Shown here one piece after another: positions 7,627 through 17,975 of a DNA stretch of 64,000 nt. The notes below the pieces were generated by a model. The model searched no databases. It was not told the DNA's origin and saw nothing but the letters and a program-made list of their open reading frames with translations. The stretch's first letter is position 1. Each line of letters starts with the position of its first letter. A program made the translations under genes and the position numbers. The DNA comes from Candidatus Entotheonellaceae bacterium (GTDB lineage Bacteria > Tectomicrobia > Entotheonellia > Entotheonellales > Entotheonellaceae): assembly GCA_965238075.1 (NCBI GenBank), contig OZ250173.1, positions 2,080,001 through 2,144,000 on the forward strand, in the 5' to 3' direction.

Positions 7627-10005
7627 TTAGCCTCCCGTTCGAGGTGGCGCCGTGCCCGGCTTCGGCCGGATCAGCCACGCGCCGAGCGACGGCAGCAGCA
7701 CAATGGCGCCGATCATATTGACGAGGAACATGAAGGTCAGCACCGTGCCCATGTCGGCCTGAAGCTGGAGCGGCGCCACGATCCAGGTCGCCACGCCGGC
7801 CGCCAGGGTGAGGCCGGTCAGCACCACCGCGGCCCCCGTGGTGGCAAGGGTCCGTACATAGGCGGTCGCAAAGTCGAGGCCCTCCGCCAAGTGGAGGCGC
7901 AGCTGCCCGTAGATATAGATGCCGTAATCGACGCCGATGCCGATGCCGAGCGCCACCACCGGCAGCGTGGAGACCTTCAGCCCGATCTCCAGCGCCGCCA
8001 TCAGCGCATAGGCGAGCAGCGAGACGGCGGCGAGCGGCACGACGATGCACACCGTTGCCGCCAGCGATCGGAAGAAGATCAGGCACAGGATGATGACCGC
8101 GGCGTAGACGTAGCCGAGAATCGGGAATTGCGAGGCCGACACCTCCTCGTTCACCGCAGCCATGACGCCGACGTTGCCGGAAGCCAGACGGAAGACGATC
8201 TCCTCGTCCGCATTGGCGGCGTTGAAAGCCTTGACCGCGTCGACAATGCTCTCAATGGTCACGGCCTTGTGATCCGTGGTGTAGATCATCACCGGCATGG
8301 CGCTGCAATCGGCGTTGAGCAGGCCGCTGCTGGTCGGCACGTACGTTCCGGTTTGTGCCAGCACGTACGGATCGCGCGGCACGGTCCGCCATTTGAGGCT
8401 GCCTTCCTTCAGGCCGGACGCGACCTTGCGGACGGCGCCGCTCAGCGCCGCCACGGATTGCACGCCCTCCACGTTGCGCAGGTGCCACTCGAAGCGGTCG
8501 AGGGTGTTCATCACCTCATAGTCGATGCAGCCTTCCGACTTGGTTTCGGCGATAACCGTGAAGACGTCGACGCCGATCTCAAACCGCTCGCCGATGGCTG
8601 CGGCATCGAGGTTATATGTGGAGGTTGGGCGCAGTTCCGGCACGCCGTGATGCTGATCGCCAATGCGCACCATCGGCGCATAGGAGGCGCCGACGATCAT
8701 CAGGACGGCGGCCAGGCCGATGGTGACGAGGGCGGGGCCGCGCCGTGCCACGCCCGCAAAACGGGTCCACAGCGGCGCTAAGCGTCGGTCGCGCTCAAGG
8801 GCTGCCTCGCGCTGCCGGGCGTTAACCGTGACGTAAGAGAGCAGGACCGGCAGGAGTCCCAGATTGGTGAGAATGATGGCGGCGACGCCGAGACTGGCGG
8901 CAATCGCAATTTCCTGAATCACCGGCACCTTGATGAGCGAGATGGTCACAAAGCCCACGGTGTCGGAGGCGAGCGCCACGGCGCCGGGCAGCAACAGGCG
9001 GCGCAGGCTGTCGCGCGCGGCCGGGAGCGGCGGCGCGCCGCCAATCGCTTCGGCGCGTACGGCGCTGACCATCTGCACGCCGTGGCTGACCCCGATGGCG
9101 AACACCAGGAAGGGCACGAGGATGGAGATCGGATCGATGCCGAAGCCGAGGCCGGCGAGGGCGCCAAGCTGCCACACCATCGCAATCAAGGCACAGGCGA
9201 GCAGCATCGCGGTGAAGCGCAGGGAGCCTGCATAGACGTAGACGAATAAAGCCGTGATGACAAAGGTGATGACGAAGAACAGCACGACGCGCACCGCGCC
9301 CGCTGCGATGTCCCCCACCACCTTGGCGAAGCCGATGATGTGCAAATCCGCGACGGCGTTGCCCCCGTCGGGCGCGCCTGCCTCGGCGCGAATGCGTTCG
9401 AGTTCTGCCGCGACGGTGAGGTAGTCGAGCTTGTCGCCGGTATTGGGGTCGAATTCCTGCAGCTTGGCGCTGACCAAGGCGCCGGAAAAGTCATTGGCAA
9501 CCAGGCGGCCGACGACACCGGCCTTGATGACGTTCTCGCGCACCTGCGCGAGGCTTTCGTCGGTCGGCTTGAAATCCGACGGCAAGACATCGCCGCTCAT
9601 GAGGCCGTCCTCGATCACCTCGATGAAACGTACGTTGGGGGTGAGGATGGAGTAGACCTGGGTGCGGTCGACGCCGGGCAGGAAGAACACCGCGTCCGTC
9701 ACCTTGTGCAGCAAGGCGAAGAACTCGGGCGTGAACATGTTGCCGTCGCGTGCCATCACCGCCACGGCCACGCGGTCGGCGCTGCCGAATTCGTCGCGGT
9801 ATTCAAGGAACGTCTGCATGTAATCGTGTTCGACCGGCAGCAGCTTGCTGAAACCGGCGTCCACGCGTAGCCCGGTGGCCAACCACGCCAGCGCCACCGT
9901 GACCACCGCGAAGAGGGCGAGTGTCACGAGGCGGCGGCCAAACACCAGACGGTCGATGAGAGTGGCGATGGGATGCCCGTTTCCGCTTGTCGTTGCTTCC
10001 GCCAT
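7627..10005 (-). CDS. RND-superfamily MMPL-type transporter
   Basis: About 790 aa with two sets of TM helices. VPFLVFAIGVSHGVQ and ALGIGIGVDYGIY motifs. Last gene of the DUF1302/DUF1329 operon. Confidence 0.92.
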   Translation of the reverse strand: MAEATTSGNGHPIATLIDRLVFGRRLVTLALFAVVTVALAWLATGLRVDAGFSKLLPVEHDYMQTFLEYRDEFGSADRVAVAVMARDGNMFTPEFFALLHKVTDAVFFLPGVDRTQVYSILTPNVRFIEVIEDGLMSGDVLPSDFKPTDESLAQVRENVIKAGVVGRLVANDFSGALVSAKLQEFDPNTGDKLDYLTVAAELERIRAEAGAPDGGNAVADLHIIGFAKVVGDIAAGAVRVVLFFVITFVITALFVYVYAGSLRFTAMLLACALIAMVWQLGALAGLGFGIDPISILVPFLVFAIGVSHGVQMVSAVRAEAIGGAPPLPAARDSLRRLLLPGAVALASDTVGFVTISLIKVPVIQEIAIAASLGVAAIILTNLGLLPVLLSYVTVNARQREAALERDRRLAPLWTRFAGVARRGPALVTIGLAAVLMIVGASYAPMVRIGDQHHGVPELRPTSTYNLDAAAIGERFEIGVDVFTVIAETKSEGCIDYEVMNTLDRFEWHLRNVEGVQSVAALSGAVRKVASGLKEGSLKWRTVPRDPYVLAQTGTYVPTSSGLLNADCSAMPVMIYTTDHKAVTIESIVDAVKAFNAANADEEIVFRLASGNVGVMAAVNEEVSASQFPILGYVYAAVIILCLIFFRSLAATVCIVVPLAAVSLLAYALMAALEIGLKVSTLPVVALGIGIGVDYGIYIYGQLRLHLAEGLDFATAYVRTLATTGAAVVLTGLTLAAGVATWIVAPLQLQADMGTVLTFMFLVNMIGAIVLLPSLGAWLIRPKPGTAPPRTGG

Positions 10006-10014
10006 CACGCCCGC

Positions 10015-11046
10015 CTATTCGATTCCGGAGAGGGGTTCTATACCGGATTCCCCAACCAGCACGACGCTGCCGTCGGCTGTTGCCAGGGCGGTGGATATAC
10101 CTCGGCGCGCGGGCAGGGGCCGGTACGAGACGCTGAGGCCGTTGTCACGGCTGGTCAGGAGGGCACCGGCGAGGCCGGTGATCAGCATCAGGTCGGGGTT
10201 CACCTGCACGAGGTCGGTCAGCGTCGCGGTCGTCCCGGTTTCGATCCGCGTCCAGCTCTCGCCCGCATCCTCGGAACGGAACAGACGGCCGCGAAGCCCC
10301 GCAACGAATACGGTATCGGCATCCAGCGCCAAGGCCCCGAACCATGAGCCGCTGTATGGGGAGGGCAGGGCGCGCCACGTCTCGCCGCCGTCGTCGGAGC
10401 GGTACAGAACGCCCGCTTCGCCAGCGAGAAAGAGCCGGCCGGATCCGGCCGGCGCAATGGCGTTAAGGTGGAAATCGTCCTCGAAATCGCTATCGTCGGC
10501 ATGGAGCAGCGGCGGCCCGGTTGCCGCCTCTGCGTCGCTTTCATCCCAGCAAGCGTTCCGGCAGGTCCAGGTGTCGCCGCCGTCCGCGCTGGCGAGGAAG
10601 GTGCCGAAAGCGCCCACCGCGAAGCCGCTGTCCGCATCGCGGAACCAGACATCAAGCAGCGGCAGTTGCGCTTGCGGCGCGTGGTGAACGAGTTGCCACG
10701 TCTCGCCGCCGTCGCGCGTGCGTAGGACGACCGCGTCGTGCCCCACCGCCCAGCCCGTTTGCGCGTCGTGCATGCGTACCGCCGTCAGCATGACCTGTAC
10801 CGGCACCTGTGCCTGCGTCCAGGTGGCGCCGTCGTCGTCGGACAACAGGACGTGGCCGCGCTCGCCCACCACGACCAGACGCGATCCGGCCATCGCTGCG
10901 TCAAGCAACAGCGAGGTTGCGGCAAAGCGGGACTCGACCGCCGCCCTCTGGGCCGCCGCGGGTGCAACCAGCGCCGCGCAGACGGTCAGGACGAGCCACA
11001 GCCCGAGGCCCTTGAGCAGAGCGGCTCGCTCTCGCCGGCCGCCCAA
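10015..11046 (-). CDS. YCF48/BNR-repeat (Asp-box) beta-propeller protein
   Basis: VVVGERGHVLLSDDDGATW, repeated S/TxDGGxTW boxes, signal peptide. Start placed at the TTG just after the DUF1329 stop; the longer ORF overlaps the upstream gene. Confidence 0.88.
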   Translation of the reverse strand: MGGRRERAALLKGLGLWLVLTVCAALVAPAAAQRAAVESRFAATSLLLDAAMAGSRLVVVGERGHVLLSDDDGATWTQAQVPVQVMLTAVRMHDAQTGWAVGHDAVVLRTRDGGETWQLVHHAPQAQLPLLDVWFRDADSGFAVGAFGTFLASADGGDTWTCRNACWDESDAEAATGPPLLHADDSDFEDDFHLNAIAPAGSGRLFLAGEAGVLYRSDDGGETWRALPSPYSGSWFGALALDADTVFVAGLRGRLFRSEDAGESWTRIETGTTATLTDLVQVNPDLMLITGLAGALLTSRDNGLSVSYRPLPARRGISTALATADGSVVLVGESGIEPLSGIE

Positions 11047-11048
11047 GA

Positions 11049-12413
11049 TCAGCGCCGACCTTCGCGGCGCAGGGCTGCCGGGGTGAAGTCGCGCGATTTC
11101 GTCACCACGTCCTGCGTGCACATCGGGAATTCGTTGTCGAGGCCGAGGGCGAGGTAACGTCCCGCCTGCAGGTCGGTATGCACTTCGAGCGTCGACCAGA
11201 TCAGCGGTTTTTCGTAATAGTTGATGACGTGCGCTTCCGACACCCGCCAGAGTTCGTCGCGGTTGTCGTAGATGTCGGCGAGCATGATCTGCCACGAATC
11301 CTCGTCGATATAGAGGGTGCGCCGTTTGTAGATGTGCCGCGCGCCCTCCTTGAGGGTTGCCTCGACCACCCACACCCGGTGCAACTCATAGCGCAGGTGC
11401 TCAGGGTTGACGTGCAGTGGGGTGAGGATATCGGTGAAGGTCAGCTGGTTGCTGTGCAGCTTGTAGGCGTTATACGGCACGTAGATTTCGCGCTTGCCGA
11501 TGAGCTTCCAGTCGTAACGGTCGGTGGCGCCGTTGAACATGTCGAACTGATCGGCGGTGCGCAGCCCGTCCGTGGTGGTGCCCGGGTTGTCGTAGGCGAC
11601 GTTCGGCGCCCGCCGCACCCGGCGCTGGCCGGGGTTGTAGGTCCAGGCGTTGCGCGGCTCGCGCACCTGGTTCATGGTCTCGTGCACCAGCAGGATGTCG
11701 CCGGCCAGCCGCGCCGGCGCCAGCACCTTCTGCTTGAACAGGATCATCGTGTTGTCGAGTTCTTCCTCGGTCATGCCCGGCAGCGAATAGCGCATCTCGA
11801 TTTCAAGGCCGTATTTGACGATCGTGTAAGCGCCGCCGCGGGTCACGGCGGCCTGGCCGACGGTGCAGGCGATCGTCTCGCCGCGGTAGCGCAGCAGGTG
11901 GTTCCAGACGGCTTCCAGGCCGTTGGCCGGGATCGGAAAGGGGATGCCGATCACCGCGCCGCCAACGCCGTTACCGTTGTCCACGAGCTGCGCAGTGGCG
12001 GCGATACGCCGTGTGGCATCGTAGATGCGCTGCGGCGCCGAGGCGCTGCGCCGGGTCGGATAGACCGGCAACTCGAAGGTCGCGTAGGTTTCCAGCATGC
12101 GCTGGTGTCCGACCGAGAGCTTGTCGCGATAGGCGTCAAGGTTGGCGGCGTTGATGACGACCAGCGGTTGGTCGCCGCCGTAGGGGTCGCGATGGTGCTC
12201 GCCGACAACGTAGCCGGCAGGCGGTGTGGTGATGCCGCCGGTCCATTCCGGAATGGTGCCTTCGGCGTTGCCCGCCCGCTCCCCACCGAGGGGCGTGAGG
12301 TCGCCGCCGAGCCGCGCGATCTGGTCAGCTGAGATCTCGGCGGCAGCGGGGCAGGCGAGGGCGCCCGCGAGGGCAAGCGCGGCCCCGAGGAGTCGAAGGG
12401 TCGATATCTTCAT
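11049..12413 (-). CDS. DUF1329 family periplasmic protein
   Basis: Signal peptide. LTPLGGERAGN..GTIPEWTGG, AWTYNPGQRRVRRAP, RYELHRVWVVEATLK, YIDEDSW motifs. Confidence 0.92.
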   Translation of the reverse strand: MKISTLRLLGAALALAGALACPAAAEISADQIARLGGDLTPLGGERAGNAEGTIPEWTGGITTPPAGYVVGEHHRDPYGGDQPLVVINAANLDAYRDKLSVGHQRMLETYATFELPVYPTRRSASAPQRIYDATRRIAATAQLVDNGNGVGGAVIGIPFPIPANGLEAVWNHLLRYRGETIACTVGQAAVTRGGAYTIVKYGLEIEMRYSLPGMTEEELDNTMILFKQKVLAPARLAGDILLVHETMNQVREPRNAWTYNPGQRRVRRAPNVAYDNPGTTTDGLRTADQFDMFNGATDRYDWKLIGKREIYVPYNAYKLHSNQLTFTDILTPLHVNPEHLRYELHRVWVVEATLKEGARHIYKRRTLYIDEDSWQIMLADIYDNRDELWRVSEAHVINYYEKPLIWSTLEVHTDLQAGRYLALGLDNEFPMCTQDVVTKSRDFTPAALRREGRR

Positions 12414-12425
12414 GATTCATGGCCC

Positions 12426-14312
12426 TCAGAATGAGTATTTGACGGTGGCGGAGACGAAGTCGCGGTCGTGCAGCTCGTTTCTCCTGCCGCCGTACGTGGT
12501 GAAATTGAGGTCAGCCTCCCAGCGGCTGAGATAGCCGGCGCGCACCCCGAGGGTCAGCGCGGTGCGGCCTTCCACGAACGAGCCGCCGGGTGCCGGGCTG
12601 TTGCCGCCGACGTCATGCTGGAACTGCAGGTATGGGAACAGGTTCACCGCGCCGACGGCGTTGTTGTAGTCGAGACGCGTCGCCAGCCGGTAGCCCCAGG
12701 AGGTGGCTTCGGCGTCGCTGCTGTTCGTGGCGGGGTCGTTGTCGGGCTCGCCGGCGGGGCTTTCCAGGGGCAGTACGTCGTTGTCCGGCATGCCATGCAC
12801 GCGCATCAGCGCTGCCTCCGTCACGAACGCCCCGCTGTCCGATCCCAGGACAGGGCCGAACACTTTGGTGGCAGTGGCCTGGACCTGGCTCACGTCGCGC
12901 AGGATATAGCCGCGGCCGGGGCCGTCCGAGTCATACTGGCTGGCGGCAGCCTTGTCGGCGATGCACGCGAGGCCGGTCGCCCCCGCCGCCAGACAGTCGG
13001 TGAACGGCGCCAGGGCATTGGCGAAGACCTTGCGTTCCGCGAGTTGCAGCGGCGCATCCTGGCGGAAGGAGTATTCGCCCTGCAACGCCCAGCCCGTCGT
13101 TCCGACCTCGGTACTGAAGCTGCCCCCGAGAAGTTGGATATCCTCCACATACTCGATGAAGTAGTACGCATTTTCAGTGTACATGTTGATGCCGATGGGC
13201 GCGGCCAACTTGGCTGTCTGTTCGCCTGCGCTTGCAGCCAGCTGGAGAAGGTGGGTGAGGCCGGCCTCAGCATCCGTTTGGGTCCCGGTGTGACCGCTGA
13301 CGACCGGCAGACGACTGTGGTAGTTCATGTAGTAAAAGCCGAATTCGGTATTGTTCAACGCCTCGGCGAGATAGCGGAACGTGATCCCCCACTGGCCCGA
13401 GTCGTCCGGCTCGTGGTCCACACTGCGCTTCGCGGTCAGGAAGTTGGGATCCGGCATAACGCCAAGGGCGGCGAAAGGATTATTCTCCGCGGTCAGGCCC
13501 ATATCGCCGAGGTCGAGGCCGAGTAGGGCGATCACCGCCTTCTCCGCACCCGCGCCAACATAATCGGTGACCGAGAAGTAGGTCCCGACCGGGTCGATCT
13601 TGGTGTTCTCCCAGTCGAGCTGATAGAAGCCTTCCACCGACAGCGTGTCAGTCAGCCCCACCGAGGCCGAGACCAGCGAGACCGGCATCAGCGCCTCACG
13701 CAGCTCCGAGCCCGGCAGCCGGAGCTTGCTCACGTCGAACGGGTTGATGGCGTTGATGCCGTTCTGGATGAACGTGCTCTCGCCCCAGTTGAGCACGTGG
13801 CGGCCGAGGCGTAGGTCGATCGCAACGTTTCCAACTTCAAACGCGCCGGTGAGGTAAGCGTCGAGCAAAATGATGTCCTGTCCCACCAACTCCTTCGCCT
13901 CATCGCTCAGGGGGGTGCGTTCCCGCGCGCCGTTCTCATTCTCGAAGTCGAGGAAACCGTTGATACGCAAGAAGGCGCCGAAGTTGCGGTAGCCGAGATC
14001 GAGATCACTGGTGAATTTGGAGGTGTTGCTGACGAGGCCGCGGCTGTAGTTGAGGTTGCCGTCGTTGCCGTTGACGTCGCTGGTCAGAAGGTCATCCTGC
14101 TTCTGGATGCGGAAGGTCAGACCATGCGAGAGGGTGGTATCGAGGCTTAGATGCAACTCGCCGTGACCGAGCTCGGCCGCCAACGAGGGTGACGTGAGCC
14201 CAACGGCTCCGAAGGCATACAGACAGAGGGTCGCACCGGCCAGCGCGCGAAGCCCGCCAGGCAACAGGTTCGGTAGCATCTGGCGGCAACGATCGCGCCA
14301 TATTATGTACAT
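12426..14312 (-). CDS. DUF1302 family outer-membrane protein (start uncertain)
   Basis: NGNDGNLNY, LRLGRHVLNWGESTF, YYMNYHSRLP motifs. C-terminal DRDFVSATVKYSF is a beta-barrel signature. Confidence 0.9.
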   Translation of the reverse strand: MYIIWRDRCRQMLPNLLPGGLRALAGATLCLYAFGAVGLTSPSLAAELGHGELHLSLDTTLSHGLTFRIQKQDDLLTSDVNGNDGNLNYSRGLVSNTSKFTSDLDLGYRNFGAFLRINGFLDFENENGARERTPLSDEAKELVGQDIILLDAYLTGAFEVGNVAIDLRLGRHVLNWGESTFIQNGINAINPFDVSKLRLPGSELREALMPVSLVSASVGLTDTLSVEGFYQLDWENTKIDPVGTYFSVTDYVGAGAEKAVIALLGLDLGDMGLTAENNPFAALGVMPDPNFLTAKRSVDHEPDDSGQWGITFRYLAEALNNTEFGFYYMNYHSRLPVVSGHTGTQTDAEAGLTHLLQLAASAGEQTAKLAAPIGINMYTENAYYFIEYVEDIQLLGGSFSTEVGTTGWALQGEYSFRQDAPLQLAERKVFANALAPFTDCLAAGATGLACIADKAAASQYDSDGPGRGYILRDVSQVQATATKVFGPVLGSDSGAFVTEAALMRVHGMPDNDVLPLESPAGEPDNDPATNSSDAEATSWGYRLATRLDYNNAVGAVNLFPYLQFQHDVGGNSPAPGGSFVEGRTALTLGVRAGYLSRWEADLNFTTYGGRRNELHDRDFVSATVKYSF

Positions 14313-14659
14313 GGTTGATTCCTCATAAGGCTATTCGCTTTGGCAGCAAGTACGCTATCGTTCTTTACCCACAAAACTTAAACAAATACAAGGCGAACGG
14401 GGTTGGTGTCAAGTTGGGATGTCTCTCATCAACAGCGGGTCCGGCAACAGATCGCACTGCTCATAAAGGTCCCCAATGTATCGCTTCAGCCATTTCATAC
14501 GGCAGATTGAATCACAGTCGCTCCGCCTTGGGCGTTTCCTATTTTCGTAGTGAGGACTGCTGCCAGCGAAGAATTGCATTGGCCAGCAGCATCCATGCGG
14601 CGTATACTGAGTGCCATTCGTTATTCCAGTAGCTCTCCAGTAGCTGTGAGGAGGTCGTA

Positions 14660-14872
14660 ATGTTCGGTCTAGGCGTGCAAGAACTGGTTATCATCCTCGC
14701 CATTGCCATGCTGTTTTTCGGCGGCAAGAAGATCCCGGAGATCGCCAAGGGCTTGGGCAAAGGCATTCGGGAATTCAAGACGGCCAGCGAAAAGGTGACG
14801 GACGACGTGACGGACGCAATCGAAGACGGTGGGGACGAGGAGTCCAAGAAGGTCGAAAGCAAGACGTCGTGA
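14660..14872 (+). CDS. tatA: Twin-arginine translocase subunit TatA/E
   Basis: [50 protein letters not shown]. Confidence 0.95.
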   Translation: MFGLGVQELVIILAIAMLFFGGKKIPEIAKGLGKGIREFKTASEKVTDDVTDAIEDGGDEESKKVESKTS

Positions 14873-15023
14873 CGTGACGTGACGTACCGCCGGTCCGCCT
14901 AACCAGAAAGCTCTTCAGAACGTGCTGTCGAGTCTCTCCGTGGTCGCGCCAAGGGAGTGTTGACGTGGTTGCTTGCCGGCCTTGGTCCGCCCCATCCTGC
15001 GGTTGGGTTATGGTGATGACGGT

Positions 15024-15974
15024 ATGTCAATGACGTCCGGTTCCGCCCTGCAATGGGCGCCGGAATGTGTGCCACAGCACGTCGAGGCCATCGAGGCGGC
15101 CAACCGCCTGTTCGGTTGCGTGCGTCAAGCCTCGCACAGGGTGTACCCGGATTCCGGGGTGCGCCCTTTTTTATTGCGCGGCACAGGCGCCCCCCTGGCC
15201 GTGGGCGGCGCTATGGCTGTCTACAAGCTGACCGTGCACTGCGGTCGGCATGCCTATCCCCTGGTCTGCAAAATTCCCCACCAACGGCGTCTCGTGTATA
15301 CGGCAAACGCCGACGCGCAAGCCCAAGATGACGCCACTTCTGGCCTTCTCGATACGCTCGCGGACCTTGCCGACACCGTGAACCGTCGTGTTGACGGGGT
15401 GTTTCCGCGCTGCGGCGGCGTGTGGCATTGGCGCGATGACGCCGGCGTGCCGCGCCATCTGCTCATCGAGGCCTTCATTCCTGGTGTGTCGGTAGAGCGG
15501 CTGTTGCTTCAGTACGAACAGCGGTTGCTGGCCGGCGAGCTGGACGCCGCCGCATACGCGCGGCTTCGAACCAGCGCCGAGCGGCTGGCGGTGGCGACCT
15601 ACGTGCGGCTGTGGGACGCCTTGGGCCGACGGCTGTTTACCTCCGATCCCAGTCCGTGGAACGTTCTGGTACGCCATGCCGATGCAGCGGCGGACGGGGC
15701 CGGGAGCGCCACCATCATCGATCTGCACAGCTTGCAGGAAGACGCCGGCTTTCCATACGTGGTGCAGCGGCTGGCCGCCGTGTATGGGCTGCGTGAGGAG
15801 GTGCTGGAGCGGGCGTTGCTTCCCGGTATTGTTGAGGCCGTGGGCCAGGAAGAAGGGCGGCGATTGCTGCTGGACAGCCTACCCTGCCTGGAGGCCGCTG
15901 CCGAGCAGGCGCGCCGCAACCTCGGCGTCGATACCCTGCAACTGCTGCTGCGGCTGATCCGGCGTATGGGATAG
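15024..15974 (+). CDS. Hypothetical protein with protein-kinase-like (PKL) fold motifs
   Basis: GGAMAVYK (Gly-loop-like), LVCKIP (Lys), LIEAFIPG (hinge), TSDPSPWNVLV (DxxxxN), IIDL (metal-binding Asp). Start uncertain. Confidence 0.6.
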   Translation: MSMTSGSALQWAPECVPQHVEAIEAANRLFGCVRQASHRVYPDSGVRPFLLRGTGAPLAVGGAMAVYKLTVHCGRHAYPLVCKIPHQRRLVYTANADAQAQDDATSGLLDTLADLADTVNRRVDGVFPRCGGVWHWRDDAGVPRHLLIEAFIPGVSVERLLLQYEQRLLAGELDAAAYARLRTSAERLAVATYVRLWDALGRRLFTSDPSPWNVLVRHADAAADGAGSATIIDLHSLQEDAGFPYVVQRLAAVYGLREEVLERALLPGIVEAVGQEEGRRLLLDSLPCLEAAAEQARRNLGVDTLQLLLRLIRRMG

Positions 15975-15988
15975 GGGCCGGTTTGGAA

Positions 15989-16019
15989 CGTCGGGTTACG
16001 TTGCGCTAATCCAACCTAC
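15989..16019 (-). repeat. GTAG-type REP-like palindrome, family 1 (its GTAG contains the uup stop codon)
   Basis: Minus strand reads GTAGGTTGGATTAGCGCAACGTAACCCGACG. Confidence 0.8.
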
Positions 16020-17917
16020 ACATCCTGGGTGGCAGCCTGTCGCTGCTCCAACTCGTCCCAGCGGGCATAGGCGGCGTCGCGTTCGCTGTCCAGGGCCGTC
16101 AGCCGCTCCATAATGGCCTGGAACGTCGCGGGATCCTTGTGGAAAAGCTGGGTGTCCTCAAGTTGGGCGTGCAAGGCCATCTGTTCGTTTTCCAGGGTTT
16201 CGATGGATTCCGGCAGACCTTCGAGCTCGCGCTGCTCCTTGTAGGTCAGCCCTCGCCGTCGAGGCTGCTTGGTTAAGGCCGCCGCAGGGCGCCGTTTGGC
16301 CGTGGGCGGCGCCTGCAACGCCTGCTGCCAATCGCTGTATCCCCCGACATACTCCCGCACCCGACCTTTGCCCTCGAAGGCGTAAATCGACGTCACCACG
16401 CCGTCCAGAAAGGCGCGGTCGTGGGACGCCAGCAGCAGGGTGCCGTCGTATTCCGCCAGCAATCCCTCCAACAGTTCCAGAGTTTCCGTGTCGAGGTCGT
16501 TCGTCGGCTCATCCAGGACCAGGAGATTGGCCGGTTGCGTGAACAGCCGCGCCAGCAGCAGGCGGTTGCGCTCGCCGCCGGACAGGGTCTTGACCGGCGC
16601 CCGGATGCTCTGGCGTGGGAACAGGAAATCCGCCAGATAACTGACCACGTGATGGGGCTTGCCGGCCACCATGACCTGATCGCCGCCGTGCGGGCAGAGG
16701 GTTTCCCACAGGGTGGCTTCGGGGTCCAACTGGGCGCGCCGCTGATCGAAATAGACCTTTGACAGCTTGGTGCCGAAGCGCAGGCGTCCGGTGTCCGGCA
16801 GCAGTTCGCCTATGAGGATTTTGATCAGCGTCGATTTGCCGATGCCGTTCGGCCCGACCAGGCCGATGCGGTCGCCGCGCATGATGCGGGCCGAGAAATC
16901 GCGTAGCACCCCATGGTCGTCGAAAGTTTTGCTGATGCCCTCGGCCTCGACGACCATCTGGCCGGAGCGCGCGCCGCTGCTCAGGGTGAAACTGACCTGC
17001 CCCGCCACCTCGCGGCGCGCGCGCCGCCCTTCGCGCATGGCCATCAGGTGGCGCACCCGGCCTTCGTTACGCGTGCGGCGGGCGCGCACGCCCTGGCGTA
17101 CCCAGGCTTCCTCCTCCGCCAAGCGCTTGTCGAACTGTGCGGCTTCGGTGTCCTCAACGGTCAACAGGGCGTTTTTGTGCTCGCGATAGGCCGCCCAGTT
17201 TGCGGGGAAGCGCCGCAGCCGCCCGCGGTCCAACTCGACGATGCCGGTGGCCAGACGGTCGAGGAAGACGCGGTCGTGGGTGACGAAGACGAGCGTGCCG
17301 GGGAAGCTCAGCAGGTAGGATTCGAGCCACTCGATGGAGCCGATGTCGAGATGATTGGTCGGTTCGTCCAGGAGCAGCAGCTCAGGATCGCCGACCAGGG
17401 CCTGTGCCAGGGCCACCCGGCGTTGCCCGCCGCTGGAAAGCGCGCCAACCCGTGCCGCGGGGTCGAGTTGCAGTCGCGACAGCACGGTCTCCACCTGCGT
17501 GTGCAGGCGCCAGCCGTCCTGGCGCTCCAGTTCCGTCTGCAGGGTGTGCAGACGCCTCATCAACGCCGCGGCCTTGGCGCCCTGCGCGACGGTCAGTTGG
17601 GTAGTGGTGTGGTGATAATCGGCGACGACCTCACCCACCGCGCCCAGGGCACTGGTGAGCGCCTGCTCGACGGTGTGGTCGGGGTCGAACATCGGCTCCT
17701 GCGGCACGAGCGCCAAGCGCAGCGCATGGACGCGGTGCACCGTGCCGGCATCGGGCAGCAAATCGCCGGCCAGCAGCTTGAGGAGCGTGGATTTACCGCT
17801 GCCGTTGCGTCCCACCAAGGCGAGCCGCTCACCGGATTCGACTTGCAGCGCCGCCTCGTCCAGTAACGGCACGCGGTCGAAGGCCAGCGACACTTGTTCA
17901 AGGGCAAAAACTGCCAT
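16016..17917 (-). CDS. uup: ABC-F family ATPase Uup
   Basis: Two NBDs (GRNGSGKST, GPNGIGKST, LDEPTN twice), linker EEAWVRQGVRARRTRNEGRVR, C-terminal LTYKEQREL coiled coil. Confidence 0.92.
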   Translation of the reverse strand: MAVFALEQVSLAFDRVPLLDEAALQVESGERLALVGRNGSGKSTLLKLLAGDLLPDAGTVHRVHALRLALVPQEPMFDPDHTVEQALTSALGAVGEVVADYHHTTTQLTVAQGAKAAALMRRLHTLQTELERQDGWRLHTQVETVLSRLQLDPAARVGALSSGGQRRVALAQALVGDPELLLLDEPTNHLDIGSIEWLESYLLSFPGTLVFVTHDRVFLDRLATGIVELDRGRLRRFPANWAAYREHKNALLTVEDTEAAQFDKRLAEEEAWVRQGVRARRTRNEGRVRHLMAMREGRRARREVAGQVSFTLSSGARSGQMVVEAEGISKTFDDHGVLRDFSARIMRGDRIGLVGPNGIGKSTLIKILIGELLPDTGRLRFGTKLSKVYFDQRRAQLDPEATLWETLCPHGGDQVMVAGKPHHVVSYLADFLFPRQSIRAPVKTLSGGERNRLLLARLFTQPANLLVLDEPTNDLDTETLELLEGLLAEYDGTLLLASHDRAFLDGVVTSIYAFEGKGRVREYVGGYSDWQQALQAPPTAKRRPAAALTKQPRRRGLTYKEQRELEGLPESIETLENEQMALHAQLEDTQLFHKDPATFQAIMERLTALDSERDAAYARWDELEQRQAATQDV

Positions 17918-17975
17918 CGTGTCTCAAATCATGAAATGCGTGCGCGAGATTGAATCCGCCCTGCGCCGGCCCGGG

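Noticed and set aside
11047-11373. N-terminal extension of the YCF48-like ORF
   Set aside because: It overlaps the DUF1329 gene in another frame, and the signal peptide begins only after the DUF1329 stop.
14868-14885. CGTGA x3 microsatellite at the tatA stop
   Set aside because: It is very short, duplicates the stop region without changing the protein, and shows no evidence of function.
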